From NCBI GenBank assembly GCA_964444225.1, contig CAYUFM010000004.1, forward strand, positions 1 through 62,526: a stretch of 62,526 nt of DNA, in the 5' to 3' direction. The notes beneath the pieces were generated by a model. The model had not been told where the DNA came from and did no database searches. It worked only from the letters and a program-made list of their open reading frames with translations. This stretch comes from an uncultured Candidatus Saccharibacteria bacterium. Lineage in GTDB: Bacteria; Patescibacteriota; Saccharimonadia; Saccharimonadales; 2-12-FULL-41-12. Each line of letters opens with the position of its first letter. Position 1 is the first letter of the stretch. The position numbers were made by a program, and so were the translations under genes. This document shows positions 1 to 9,487 of the stretch, piece after piece.

Positions 1-157
1 ATTTTTTCGCCTCCACAAACTTCAACTAATCCTAGCTTTTTTAAAACAGTTTCAAGTCCTGTATGGGGCTCGGCTCGACGAGCTAATATACATGTTTCAC
101 ATGGCAGATTCTTCTTGGCATTTTGGAATCTCCGATTAATTTAAAGTTAATCTATCA

Positions 158-400
158 TTAATTTTCAGGGAGTTCAACTGCTTCTGGATCAGTAGCTAAT
201 GCCCCCAGAGCTTGAAGTACACCTTCTCTAAATGGATCTTCAGGTACAAGACTAGAAGCATGCTCAAAAAGGGCCGAGGCTGCCAAGGCTCTTTGAAAGA
301 AAAGCCTTACCTCAGCCCTGTAAAAGTCAGGTGGCAATTCTCTCCTGCTTCTATAGGGGGGAGTTGTTCTAGGTAAACTAACACCTGGACGTAAACCCAT
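158..400 (-). CDS. hypothetical protein (80 aa)
   Basis: ATG-started ORF beginning 6 nt after the rpoC stop on the same strand; no recognisable motif. Confidence 0.5.
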   Translation of the reverse strand: MGLRPGVSLPRTTPPYRSRRELPPDFYRAEVRLFFQRALAASALFEHASSLVPEDPFREGVLQALGALATDPEAVELPEN

Positions 401-406
401 AGCTTT

Positions 407-3400
407 TTAACCTTCTCTGGAGTCAAATCTACGATCGCGAGAATTGTTTTCTTGTTCTAGGGCTTGTTTTTCAGCGAGTTCGTCAGCAAGTTCTTCTTCT
501 GTGCGATAGCCAGTACCGACTGGGATACGTCGACCCAAGATTACGTTTTCTTTTAGACCAAACAAGTGGTCAACTTTACCAGAAGTTGCGGCGGCGATTA
601 GTACGCGAGTCGTGTCTTGGAAAGATGCTGCACTTAGGAATGAGTCAGTAGAAAGTGAAGCTTTGGTGATACCAAGAAGCAGTTGGTTAACTACAGCTGG
701 CTCTTTGCCTTGTGCCACCAATTTTTCGTTGGCCTTAACAACGGCAAGTTTGCTAACAATATCACCTGTTACAAATTCGCTATCACCAGCGTCTTCGATC
801 TGAACACGACTAAACATCTGTCGCACAATGATCTCGAGGTGCTTGTCGGCAATGTACTGACCTTGTGACGCAAAGATACGTAGGATTTCATTCATGATAT
901 AGCGCTGAGTGCTTTCTACACCTTGGAGTCGCATTAGGTCATGAATGTTGATAGAACCGTTAGTTAGCCTCTGACCTGGCACAACAGTGTCACCGTCAGA
1001 TACTGTAAGCATCTTGTAAGCAGGAATGTCGTACTTGATAGAACTTTGTCCTGCAGGAGTGATAGTTATTAGCTTTTTAGTTAGTGCTACTTTACCAGAG
1101 ATTGGAGCGATAAGAGGATGTTCGCCCGCTTCATCGGCAGCCACAACGTCACCGACGTTGACTTCGCTACCGTGTGCGACGCGTGGAATACGGTCGCCAA
1201 TAGTTAATGCGCTCGCTTCTATAGTTTCGCCAGTTACCTGGATGACGTAATGTTCGCCTTCTTCCCAGACGCTGACTTCACCATGAATGTCGGCTAGGTA
1301 TGCTCGACCTTTAGGTATACGAGTCTCGAACAACTCTTCAACACGAGGTAGACCCTGAGTAATGTCATCAGCAACCGCCGCACCACCGGAGTGGAAAGTC
1401 TTTAGAGTTAGCTGAGTACCAGGCTCACCAATAGATTGGGCTGCAATAACACCAACTGGACTGTGGTCAGTTACAAGCTCACCAGTGGCTGGGTCGATAC
1501 CGTAGCTCTTGCGGTTGACACCATGGACTGAGCTACAACTAAGCACGCTCATGATCTTGATCATCTCGATTTTTTCATCAGCATCAATAGCTTCGGCAAT
1601 CTCTGTAGTAATTAACTCACCCTGTTTTACGTAACCTTTTAGTTCTTCTGCAGCATAACGACCACGCAGTCTTGAGGCGTAAGTTACGCCGATTTCAGCA
1701 GCATCGGTGCGATACATTGGAAATCCTGGATCATCGATCTCGTCATCGATAGTAAAGACGTCTTGAGCAACATCAACCAAACGACGAGTTAGATAACCAG
1801 AGTCGGCGGTCTTAAGCGCAGTATCGATAAGACCCTTACGTTGACCACGAGTAGAAGTAAAGTACTCTAGCGGGCTTAGACCATCACGGTAGTTACTCTT
1901 GATAGGTAGCTCCATTGCGCGACCAGTCGCGTCAGAAAGAATACCCACAGATCCAATAACCTGCTTAACCTGGACGATAGAACCACGAGCTCCAGAGACA
2001 ACCGCCATAGACATAGCGTTGTCTTCGCCGGCAAACTGCTCTGCAAGGGCTTTTTGGACGGCTGTATCAGAGTCTGTCCAAGTTTCGATAGTTAGTCGGT
2101 ATCGCTCGTCTTCTGTAATGAAACCTTCGTCAAACTGGCCAGAGATAGCTTTGGCGCGCACTTCTGCAGCATCCAAAATTGGGCCTAGTTCTTTAATGTC
2201 GACGAAGTCACTCATACCTAGTGAGATTCCGGCGCGTGTAGCGTACTCAAAACCAAGATTTTTTAGCTCGTCGGCGATCTCGGCACTAACTTCTTGGCCG
2301 TATTTTTCATAAATGGCTGACATAACACTGGCAAGTTTCTTCTTAGTCATTGCGTCATCTTGGAAGGCAAAATCTTCTGGGAAGAGCTCGTTAAACAAGA
2401 ATCTACCAAGTGTAGAAGTCCGGCGCTCACCACGGAAATCGATAGTAACAGGATCTTGAAGTTTCAACTGACCTTCATCGTGCGCCATTAAGGCTTCATT
2501 TAGGGTACTAAGTTCGCGGTTTTTGGCTTTGTTGCCAGGACGCTCATATGTAAGGTAGTAACAGCCTAACACAATGTCTTGCTCAATATGCAAAATTGGT
2601 GTTCCGTCAGCAGGTTTTAGTAAGTTCTTATTAGCAGCCATAATGTTCTTGGCTTCATCTTGGGCTTTGTCGCTCAACGGTAAGTGAACAGCCATTTGGT
2701 CACCGTCGAAGTCAGCGTTAAAGCCCTTACAAACAAGTGGGTGAAGCTGGATAGCCTTACCTTCGATCAATACAGGCTGGAAAGCTTGGATAGACAGACG
2801 GTGAAGTGACGGCGCACGGTTAAGAAGCACGTACTTACCTTTAATCACTTCGTCTAGCGCATCCCATACAGCTATCTCGCCGGTTTCGATCATACGAGTA
2901 GCTGAACGAATGTTGTGAGCTAACTCTGCTTGGATCAAATGACCCATCACGAAAGGCTTGAAAAGCTCTAGAGCCATCATTTTTGGAAGACCACATTGGT
3001 GCATTTTTAACTCTGGACCAGCCACAATTACTGAACGACCGGAGTAGTCAACACGCTTACCTAGAAGGTTCTGACGGAATCGCCCCTGCTTACCTTTTAG
3101 CATATCGCTAAGCGATTTTAGACGGCGACGTTGGCCAGTTGCAGCAACTGCACGACCAGAACGGGCTGAGCTATTATCGATAAGTGCATCGACTGCTTCT
3201 TGCAACATACGTTGTTCGTTGCGACGAATTACTTCTGGAGCATTAAGGTCGATAAGTTTCTTTAGACGGTTGTTACGGTTGATAACACGACGGTAAAGGT
3301 CGTTAAGGTCGCTGGTAGCAAAACGTCCACCAGTAAGCTGAACCATTGGCCTTAGATCCGGAGGGATCACGGGTAGAACTGATAGGCACATACTACTTGG

Positions 3401-4270
3401 AAGAATTCCCGCATTTAGCATAGACTCAAGCAAGCGAAGTCGCTTCATAATTTTCTTACGTCGTTGACCCTTAGCTTCTGAGGCTTCAGCATCAAGTTCG
3501 GCGATTAATTTAGCAAGGTCAATTTCTTCTAGTAGTTCTTTTATGCATGAACCACCCATACCAACTTTGATTAAGTCGCGCACGTCGTCTGGTAGATCTC
3601 GGTAGTCGTTTTCGCTAAGCAAGCGAAGTTTCTCTAGGTTTTTAAGTTGTTCTTTGACTGTTTCGAATTCTAGAGTTAACTCTTCGATTTCTTTGGTTTG
3701 AGCTTCTGCAAGTGCTTTGACATTGGCCTTTTCATCTTTAGATGCCTCGGCTTCGTATCGAGATTTGATAGCAACCTGAGCAGCCTCAAACTGTGCTTCT
3801 TTGTCTAGAAGCATTTGATCACGTTTTTCAGTATTCACGCTTTTTATAATGTAGCTAGCAAAGTAAACAACTCGTTCTAGGTTTTTAACAGTCATTCCTA
3901 GAAGTAGTCCAACAGCGCTAGGTGTTCCACGCAAAAACCAAATGTGCGCAACAGGGCTGGCTAGTTGAATGTGGCCCATACGCTCACGTCGGACGATTGA
4001 GCGAGTTACAAGTTCACCGTTTTTGTCTACGGCAGCTTCACGAGAACGCACACCCTTATATTTAGCATCATGTGGATTGATATCTTTTACAGGCCCGAAG
4101 ATTCTTTCACAAAACAGACCATCGCGCTCAGGCTTTTGGGTCCTATAGTTAATGGTTTCTGGCTTAGTGATTTCACCGTGGCTCCAATCCATTATGTCGG
4201 TTGGGCTAGCAACAGCTAATCTTACAGCATCAAAATCTGCAATATTTGTACCGGAGTTATAGCGTCTCAT
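407..4270 (-). CDS. rpoC: DNA-directed RNA polymerase subunit beta'
   Basis: NADFDGD catalytic motif, GRFRQNLLGKRVDYSGRS, QSIGEPGTQLT; follows rpoB with a TAATG overlap. Confidence 0.99.
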   Translation of the reverse strand: MRRYNSGTNIADFDAVRLAVASPTDIMDWSHGEITKPETINYRTQKPERDGLFCERIFGPVKDINPHDAKYKGVRSREAAVDKNGELVTRSIVRRERMGHIQLASPVAHIWFLRGTPSAVGLLLGMTVKNLERVVYFASYIIKSVNTEKRDQMLLDKEAQFEAAQVAIKSRYEAEASKDEKANVKALAEAQTKEIEELTLEFETVKEQLKNLEKLRLLSENDYRDLPDDVRDLIKVGMGGSCIKELLEEIDLAKLIAELDAEASEAKGQRRKKIMKRLRLLESMLNAGILPSSMCLSVLPVIPPDLRPMVQLTGGRFATSDLNDLYRRVINRNNRLKKLIDLNAPEVIRRNEQRMLQEAVDALIDNSSARSGRAVAATGQRRRLKSLSDMLKGKQGRFRQNLLGKRVDYSGRSVIVAGPELKMHQCGLPKMMALELFKPFVMGHLIQAELAHNIRSATRMIETGEIAVWDALDEVIKGKYVLLNRAPSLHRLSIQAFQPVLIEGKAIQLHPLVCKGFNADFDGDQMAVHLPLSDKAQDEAKNIMAANKNLLKPADGTPILHIEQDIVLGCYYLTYERPGNKAKNRELSTLNEALMAHDEGQLKLQDPVTIDFRGERRTSTLGRFLFNELFPEDFAFQDDAMTKKKLASVMSAIYEKYGQEVSAEIADELKNLGFEYATRAGISLGMSDFVDIKELGPILDAAEVRAKAISGQFDEGFITEDERYRLTIETWTDSDTAVQKALAEQFAGEDNAMSMAVVSGARGSIVQVKQVIGSVGILSDATGRAMELPIKSNYRDGLSPLEYFTSTRGQRKGLIDTALKTADSGYLTRRLVDVAQDVFTIDDEIDDPGFPMYRTDAAEIGVTYASRLRGRYAAEELKGYVKQGELITTEIAEAIDADEKIEMIKIMSVLSCSSVHGVNRKSYGIDPATGELVTDHSPVGVIAAQSIGEPGTQLTLKTFHSGGAAVADDITQGLPRVEELFETRIPKGRAYLADIHGEVSVWEEGEHYVIQVTGETIEASALTIGDRIPRVAHGSEVNVGDVVAADEAGEHPLIAPISGKVALTKKLITITPAGQSSIKYDIPAYKMLTVSDGDTVVPGQRLTNGSINIHDLMRLQGVESTQRYIMNEILRIFASQGQYIADKHLEIIVRQMFSRVQIEDAGDSEFVTGDIVSKLAVVKANEKLVAQGKEPAVVNQLLLGITKASLSTDSFLSAASFQDTTRVLIAAATSGKVDHLFGLKENVILGRRIPVGTGYRTEEELADELAEKQALEQENNSRDRRFDSREG

Positions 4271-7200
4271 TATTTTTCCTCCTCTTCATTTAAGTCTGTT
4301 GCGATTGCCAGATCGTCTGAATCGTCATCATCGTCAGTTGAGCTTGCACCTGCTGCAGCGATGTCGCCGTCTAGTTCTATAGACATAAACTCGTCAACCA
4401 CCGCATCTTCAGTAACATCAACATCACTGGCAATTGGCTGAGGTACTTCTACGTCAGGCTGGTGTGTGGCTTCGTCTTTAATGTTCTCGGCCAAAACTTC
4501 TTCGGCATCAATAACTTTATCGCTCTGAATCAGGTCGACTTTAAGTCCTAGACCTTGGAGTTCTTTTACAAGAACGTTGAAGCTCTCTGGTACTTTCGGA
4601 CCGACAATTTCAGTTTGCTTAATGATGGATTCGTAAGCTTTGCTTCGTCCGTAAACATCGTCAGACTTGATAGTAAGCATTTCTTGCAAAGTGTTGCTGG
4701 CGCCATATGCTTCTAGCGCCCATACTTCCATTTCTCCGAATCTTTGGCCACCATTTTGTGCCTTACCGCCAAGTGGTTGTTGGGTAACCATAGTGTACGG
4801 ACCTGTTGAACGGGCGTGGATTTTATCGGTAACCATGTGAGTAAGTTTAAAGATGTACATGTTTCCGACTACAGTTCGTTCCTTGAAGGCTTCACCGGTT
4901 CGGCCATCATATAGTTGCTGTTTACCGTCTTCTGGGAAGCCGGCTTTTTTAAGCATTTCACCTATGTCTTCAGATGACATTCCCTGGAATGAAGGAGCGG
5001 CGACTCTTATACCTAAAGCACGGGCAGCCATACCAAGGTGAGCCTCAAAAAGTTGTCCAAGGTTCATACGAGAAGGCACACCCATCGGGTTAAGAATGAT
5101 GTCTACAGGTGTTCCATCTTCCATAAATGGCATGTCCTCAGCAGGCAAAATTTTAGCGATAACACCTTTGTTACCGTGACGACCAGCTAGCTTGTCGCCA
5201 ACTGCTACTTTGCGCATTTGAGCCACAAAAACTTGAATTTGCATGATAACGCCAGCTTTTAGCTCGTGGCCGTTCTCTCGTGAGAAAATCTTCACGCCCA
5301 CAACTTTACCGTGTTTACCGTTACTCATACGCTGTGAGGTATCACGGACTTCTTTAGCTTTTTCGCCAAAGATCGCACGCAATAATCTTTCTTCGCTAGA
5401 AAGTTCTTGCTCACCCTTTGGAGTAATTTTTCCTACCAAAATGTCGCCAGGGTGAACTTCAGCACCTATTCGGACAATTCCATTTTCATCTAAGTGACGC
5501 AAGGCATCTTCGGACACATTAGGAATATCGCCAGTTACAATTTCTGGACCAAGTTTGGTTTCACGGACTTCTGTCATGTAGTCAACAATATGTACGCTCG
5601 TTAGCGTGTCGTCTTCTACAAGTCTACGAGACAAGACCATGGCGTCTTCAAAGTTATAACCGTTCCATGGCATAAACGCTACAACCAAGTCTTTACCTAG
5701 AGCTAGCTCACCGTTCTCTACAGACATACCTTCTATAAGTACATCGCCTTTTTCTACTTCATCACCAGTATCAACAACAACTTTTTGGTTAATACATGTG
5801 CCTTCGTTACTTCGAGCAAAGTGCACTGGTCTGTAGGTTTTCTTAACTTTTGAATACTCAACAACTACTTCATCTGCTGTTGCTTTTACAACAGTACCTT
5901 TGTCTTCAGCATAAACCACCTGGCCACTGTTCATTGCAACGGCTTCTTCTAGACCAGTTCCAACGATAGGTGCAAGTGGGCTGATTAGCGGCACAGCTTG
6001 TTTTTGCTGGTTAGAACCCACCAAAGCACGGTCTACACGGTCTCGCTCCACAAAAGGCACAAGCCCTGCGATTGATCCAATTATCTGATTATTCGCGGCA
6101 TCCATATGAGTTACATCGTTTGCGTCGATTTCACCAACGCTTAGACGAGCTCTAGCACTAACACGATCAGACTTAAAGTAGCCATCACTGTCAACTTCGT
6201 TACCAGCACCGGCTACAACGGTGTTTTCTTCATCGTGTGCACCAAGGTACACAATTTCGTCTGTAACTTTAGCTTTTACTGGCCAAGTAACTCTTTTTAC
6301 TTTGGCAAGTTTTTCGGCGTCAGCCTTGGTGATAGTTGCACCTTTTTTAACGATTGCTGTACCTTTTTCATCTTCTAGGTCTACGGCCGCAATATGACCA
6401 ACAGCGTCCTTTGGAGTTACGGCGTTGATTACTTTGCGGTAAGGAGTCTCTATAAAGCCATAGTCGTTAACACGAGCATAGTTAGCTAGGTTAAGCACCA
6501 AACCAATGTTGGCACCTTCAGGAGTTTCTACGGCACAAATACGACCGTAGTGCGTAGCGTGTGCGTCACGTACCTCAAACCCTGCACGCTCACGGGATAG
6601 ACCACCAGGACCCATAGAGCTTAGACGACGTTTGTGCGCTAACTCTGCCAGTGGATTAATTTGGTCCATAAATTGTGACAACTGCGAACTTGCAAAAAAT
6701 TCACGTACAGCGGCCACAACTGGGCGCGCGTTGATCAGTTGCGAAGGAGTCACAGTCTCGATCTCGCTCATACTCATACGGTCTTTGGTGTTGCGCTCCA
6801 TACGCAAAAGTCCAATTCTGAACTGTCGCTGAACAAGCTCACCTACTAGCTTCACACGTCGGTTAGCAAGACTGTCGATGTCATCGGCTGGATCTTGAGT
6901 GTTATTTAGACGAATAATTTCGCTAATGATGGCTACTAGGTCTTCCAGGCGCATCACACGGTTTTCGGCGGTGTTAGGAACGTCTAGATCTAGTCGCTTA
7001 TTGATTTTGTAACGTCCAACTCGACTAAAGTCGAAGCGTTTGAAGTTATAAAACATGTTTTCTAGCAAGCTTCGGGCGTTGTCTACAGTAGCAAGATCAC
7101 CCGGGCGAAGTCGTCTATAAACTTCAATCAAGGCTTCGCTTGATGATTTACTTGGGTCTTTAGCAAGAGTTGTCTCTAGGAAGTTAATTGCACCTTGGTC

Positions 7201-7839
7201 TACGTGCTTAAAGGCTTCTTTCATGGCGGTTTCGCTCATACCAAGTGCACGTAGTAGCGTAGTAACAGGAATTTTACGCTTGCGGTCAATTTTTACGAAC
7301 AAAGCTCGGTTGGCGGCAGTTTCAAATTCTAGCCATGCACCACGGCCAGGGATCACCTTGGCACCATAAACATTTCCGGTAGCTGTGGAGTCGGCCGTAA
7401 AGAACACACCAGCAGATCTGATTAGCTGGCTTACAACCACACGTTCAGCGCCGTTGATGACAAATGTCCCGCGACCAGTCATCCACGGGAAATCACCTAG
7501 ATAAATCTCGTGTTCCTTTACTTCACCTGTGACTTTGTTAGTTAGAACAACATTTGCTTTAAGTGGCGCCTCGTAGCTAGTGTTGTTCTCGCGAGCTTCT
7601 TGCTCGGTCATTTTGGGTTCTTCAAAGTGATAATCCTTGAAACTAAGTGTTAGCTTAGTACCTGTGTAGTCGTCTATTGGACTTATCTCTGCCAGTAGCT
7701 CACCAAGACCTTCCTCGACAAACCATTGCCACGAACGGTTCTGATGATCTACCAAATTTGGCAGATCCAATACTTTATTAATTTCTGAAAAGAACGTGCG
7801 CTTCATCTTTTTAACAGCGCTTGTAGACGTTTTTGCCAT
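4270..7839 (-). CDS. rpoB: DNA-directed RNA polymerase subunit beta
   Basis: GDKLAGRHGNKG, GGQRFGEMEVWALEAYGA and rifampicin-region SQLSQFMDQ motifs. Confidence 0.99.
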   Translation of the reverse strand: MAKTSTSAVKKMKRTFFSEINKVLDLPNLVDHQNRSWQWFVEEGLGELLAEISPIDDYTGTKLTLSFKDYHFEEPKMTEQEARENNTSYEAPLKANVVLTNKVTGEVKEHEIYLGDFPWMTGRGTFVINGAERVVVSQLIRSAGVFFTADSTATGNVYGAKVIPGRGAWLEFETAANRALFVKIDRKRKIPVTTLLRALGMSETAMKEAFKHVDQGAINFLETTLAKDPSKSSSEALIEVYRRLRPGDLATVDNARSLLENMFYNFKRFDFSRVGRYKINKRLDLDVPNTAENRVMRLEDLVAIISEIIRLNNTQDPADDIDSLANRRVKLVGELVQRQFRIGLLRMERNTKDRMSMSEIETVTPSQLINARPVVAAVREFFASSQLSQFMDQINPLAELAHKRRLSSMGPGGLSRERAGFEVRDAHATHYGRICAVETPEGANIGLVLNLANYARVNDYGFIETPYRKVINAVTPKDAVGHIAAVDLEDEKGTAIVKKGATITKADAEKLAKVKRVTWPVKAKVTDEIVYLGAHDEENTVVAGAGNEVDSDGYFKSDRVSARARLSVGEIDANDVTHMDAANNQIIGSIAGLVPFVERDRVDRALVGSNQQKQAVPLISPLAPIVGTGLEEAVAMNSGQVVYAEDKGTVVKATADEVVVEYSKVKKTYRPVHFARSNEGTCINQKVVVDTGDEVEKGDVLIEGMSVENGELALGKDLVVAFMPWNGYNFEDAMVLSRRLVEDDTLTSVHIVDYMTEVRETKLGPEIVTGDIPNVSEDALRHLDENGIVRIGAEVHPGDILVGKITPKGEQELSSEERLLRAIFGEKAKEVRDTSQRMSNGKHGKVVGVKIFSRENGHELKAGVIMQIQVFVAQMRKVAVGDKLAGRHGNKGVIAKILPAEDMPFMEDGTPVDIILNPMGVPSRMNLGQLFEAHLGMAARALGIRVAAPSFQGMSSEDIGEMLKKAGFPEDGKQQLYDGRTGEAFKERTVVGNMYIFKLTHMVTDKIHARSTGPYTMVTQQPLGGKAQNGGQRFGEMEVWALEAYGASNTLQEMLTIKSDDVYGRSKAYESIIKQTEIVGPKVPESFNVLVKELQGLGLKVDLIQSDKVIDAEEVLAENIKDEATHQPDVEVPQPIASDVDVTEDAVVDEFMSIELDGDIAAAGASSTDDDDDSDDLAIATDLNEEEEK

Positions 7840-7881
7840 AGACCTTGTGCTCCCTTAATAAATTATTTGACTGATTGATAG

Positions 7882-7929
7882 ACTAATACAACACCCAAAA
7901 AATGCCCATATTCAGAGTGTTGTATTAGT
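7882..7929 (-). promoter_or_regulatory. 13-bp perfect inverted repeat in the rpoB 5' leader
   Basis: ACTAATACAACAC (7882-7894) and GTGTTGTATTAGT (7917-7929) with a 22-nt loop. Confidence 0.6.
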
Positions 7930-8042
7930 GTTTGTAGTTGTTTCTTTTGTTTGGCGCCGAAGAAAACTGCTGAGTTTCAGCTTGGGTTTGGTCTTGAATT
8001 TTGAGACCATATCAAACTGCTCGCTACTACTTCTTACAAGCA

Positions 8043-8071
8043 ATTATGCTCGAACGGTTAAATTATGTCAA
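8043..8071 (-). promoter_or_regulatory. sigma70-type promoter for rpoB-rpoC
   Basis: Minus strand TTGACA (8071-8066), 17-nt spacer, CATAAT (8048-8043). Confidence 0.75.
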
Positions 8072-8079
8072 CAGCAAAC

Positions 8080-8685
8080 CTACTTTTTTGGAACAGTAGT
8101 TATGACGTTGTCGGCTAAACCATATTTTTTGGCTTCTTCAGCAGTTAGCCATTTGTCGCGCTCCATGTCTTCATGGATTTTTTCGGCTTTTTGGCCAGTG
8201 TTTTTAGCCATAATTTCTTCTAGCAACTTTTTGACTCTTAGCGATTCGCGTAAATCAATCTCTTGGTCGGTTACCTTACCACGCGTCCCACTTGATGGCT
8301 GATGTATCATCACTGTCGAGTGTTGAAGTAGGTTTCTCTTGCCTTTAGCACCACTGCTTAGCAAGAACGCAGCAGCACTAGCTTGTACGCCAATACCAAA
8401 CGTAGCCACATCTGGTGCAATAAACTGCATTGTGTCATAAATCGCAAGCGCATCATAGACACTTCCGCCAGGACTGTTGATGTATAAGCTGATGTCTTTT
8501 TTAGAGTCTTCGTTAGCTAAAAACAAAAGTTGTGCAACGATTAGATTGGCGCTATGCTCGTTTACGTCGGAGCCCAGGAAAATAATGCGGTCTTTTAGGA
8601 GGCGCGAATAGATATCATAGGCTCGCTCCATCCGACCGTCTGATTCAATAACAGTTGGAATTAATAGATTCTTTGGTTTACTCAT
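8080..8685 (-). CDS. clpP: ATP-dependent Clp protease proteolytic subunit
   Basis: [23 protein letters not shown], catalytic Ser (QASAAA), MIHQP, DMERD. Confidence 0.98.
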   Translation of the reverse strand: MSKPKNLLIPTVIESDGRMERAYDIYSRLLKDRIIFLGSDVNEHSANLIVAQLLFLANEDSKKDISLYINSPGGSVYDALAIYDTMQFIAPDVATFGIGVQASAAAFLLSSGAKGKRNLLQHSTVMIHQPSSGTRGKVTDQEIDLRESLRVKKLLEEIMAKNTGQKAEKIHEDMERDKWLTAEEAKKYGLADNVITTVPKK

Positions 8686-8706
8686 AAATCCATTTTATGC
8701 CCAAAA

Positions 8707-8733
8707 TTAGCACTCGTCAATAGGGAGTGCTAA
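8707..8733. promoter_or_regulatory. CIRCE element (HrcA operator) overlapping the clpP -35
   Basis: Perfect TTAGCACTC-N9-GAGTGCTAA; minus-strand TTGACG (8720-8715), 17 nt, TAAAAT (8697-8692). Confidence 0.93.
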
Positions 8734-9467
8734 TCTTTCATGTATATGTATCTTAGGTCTTCGGGTGGATCTTCACCCAACTCTTCTTTGAGTCTATCGA
8801 TATGGGTTTGTGCACCTAACGGCATCATAAGCCCTCCAACATCACAGTGACCCCTTGCGTTCCATCGAGGATCATTATCGCTAACCAGTACCCATTCACC
8901 ATCACAAGCTAATATGCCAGAAATCGTACCTTCATACTGGAAACGGTCATTAACTTCATCTGCTGGATATTTATACTCTTTATTTCTATATGAATCGATT
9001 ATTTCAGAAGTAGCACCAGGGTTTGTGCCAATTTCTGGTAGAGTAACCCTCTCCATGAATTTCCAATTATGCCCCACTCCTAAATGACGCCATTTTCTAA
9101 CCACCAAAAGTTCTCTTTGGGTCCTGGCGTATTCTACTTTTAGGTCTACTCCAGCAAAAGCTTCTTCTGCCTTTGTCTCGGGGAGCACAAAAGCACTTGT
9201 TGTGACAAAATGGGGCCTTGTGAGCACTCCCATGCGTTCTGTGTATTTCGGAACAAAGACTTCACTACTAAGTTGTGTGAACAAGCCCTCCTTAAGAGTT
9301 CTCGCAACACCCTTAAGGCATATTTCATCAATCTCCTCTTGCGTAAAGCTAACAAAACCTGTTTCTTGTGACTCGTGACCTAAACCAGGTAATTGAACAA
9401 TAACCCGGTTGTCGCCTTCAGCAGGAGACCCAGTAGAAAACTCTCCAATTTCTTTAAAACTTGGCAT
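8730..9467 (-). CDS. hypothetical protein (245 aa) between tig and clpP
   Basis: Long ORF filling the gap; no recognised motif. Confidence 0.75.
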   Translation of the reverse strand: MPSFKEIGEFSTGSPAEGDNRVIVQLPGLGHESQETGFVSFTQEEIDEICLKGVARTLKEGLFTQLSSEVFVPKYTERMGVLTRPHFVTTSAFVLPETKAEEAFAGVDLKVEYARTQRELLVVRKWRHLGVGHNWKFMERVTLPEIGTNPGATSEIIDSYRNKEYKYPADEVNDRFQYEGTISGILACDGEWVLVSDNDPRWNARGHCDVGGLMMPLGAQTHIDRLKEELGEDPPEDLRYIYMKD

Positions 9468-9487
9468 TATTCTAAATATTAAAACAA

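Noticed and set aside
1..140. Open minus-strand frame with CETC running off the window start
   Set aside because: No canonical start codon after the upstream stop and too short to support; it does not resemble rpsL.
612..6832. Short plus-strand ORFs inside rpoB/rpoC, and similar ORFs antisense to tig, recG, clpC, dnaE, galU and tkt
   Set aside because: Antisense shadows of well-supported genes, with no motifs or initiation signals.
7928..8302. 124-aa plus-strand ORF
   Set aside because: Overlaps clpP antisense and the rpoB promoter/leader; the sequence is better explained by those features.
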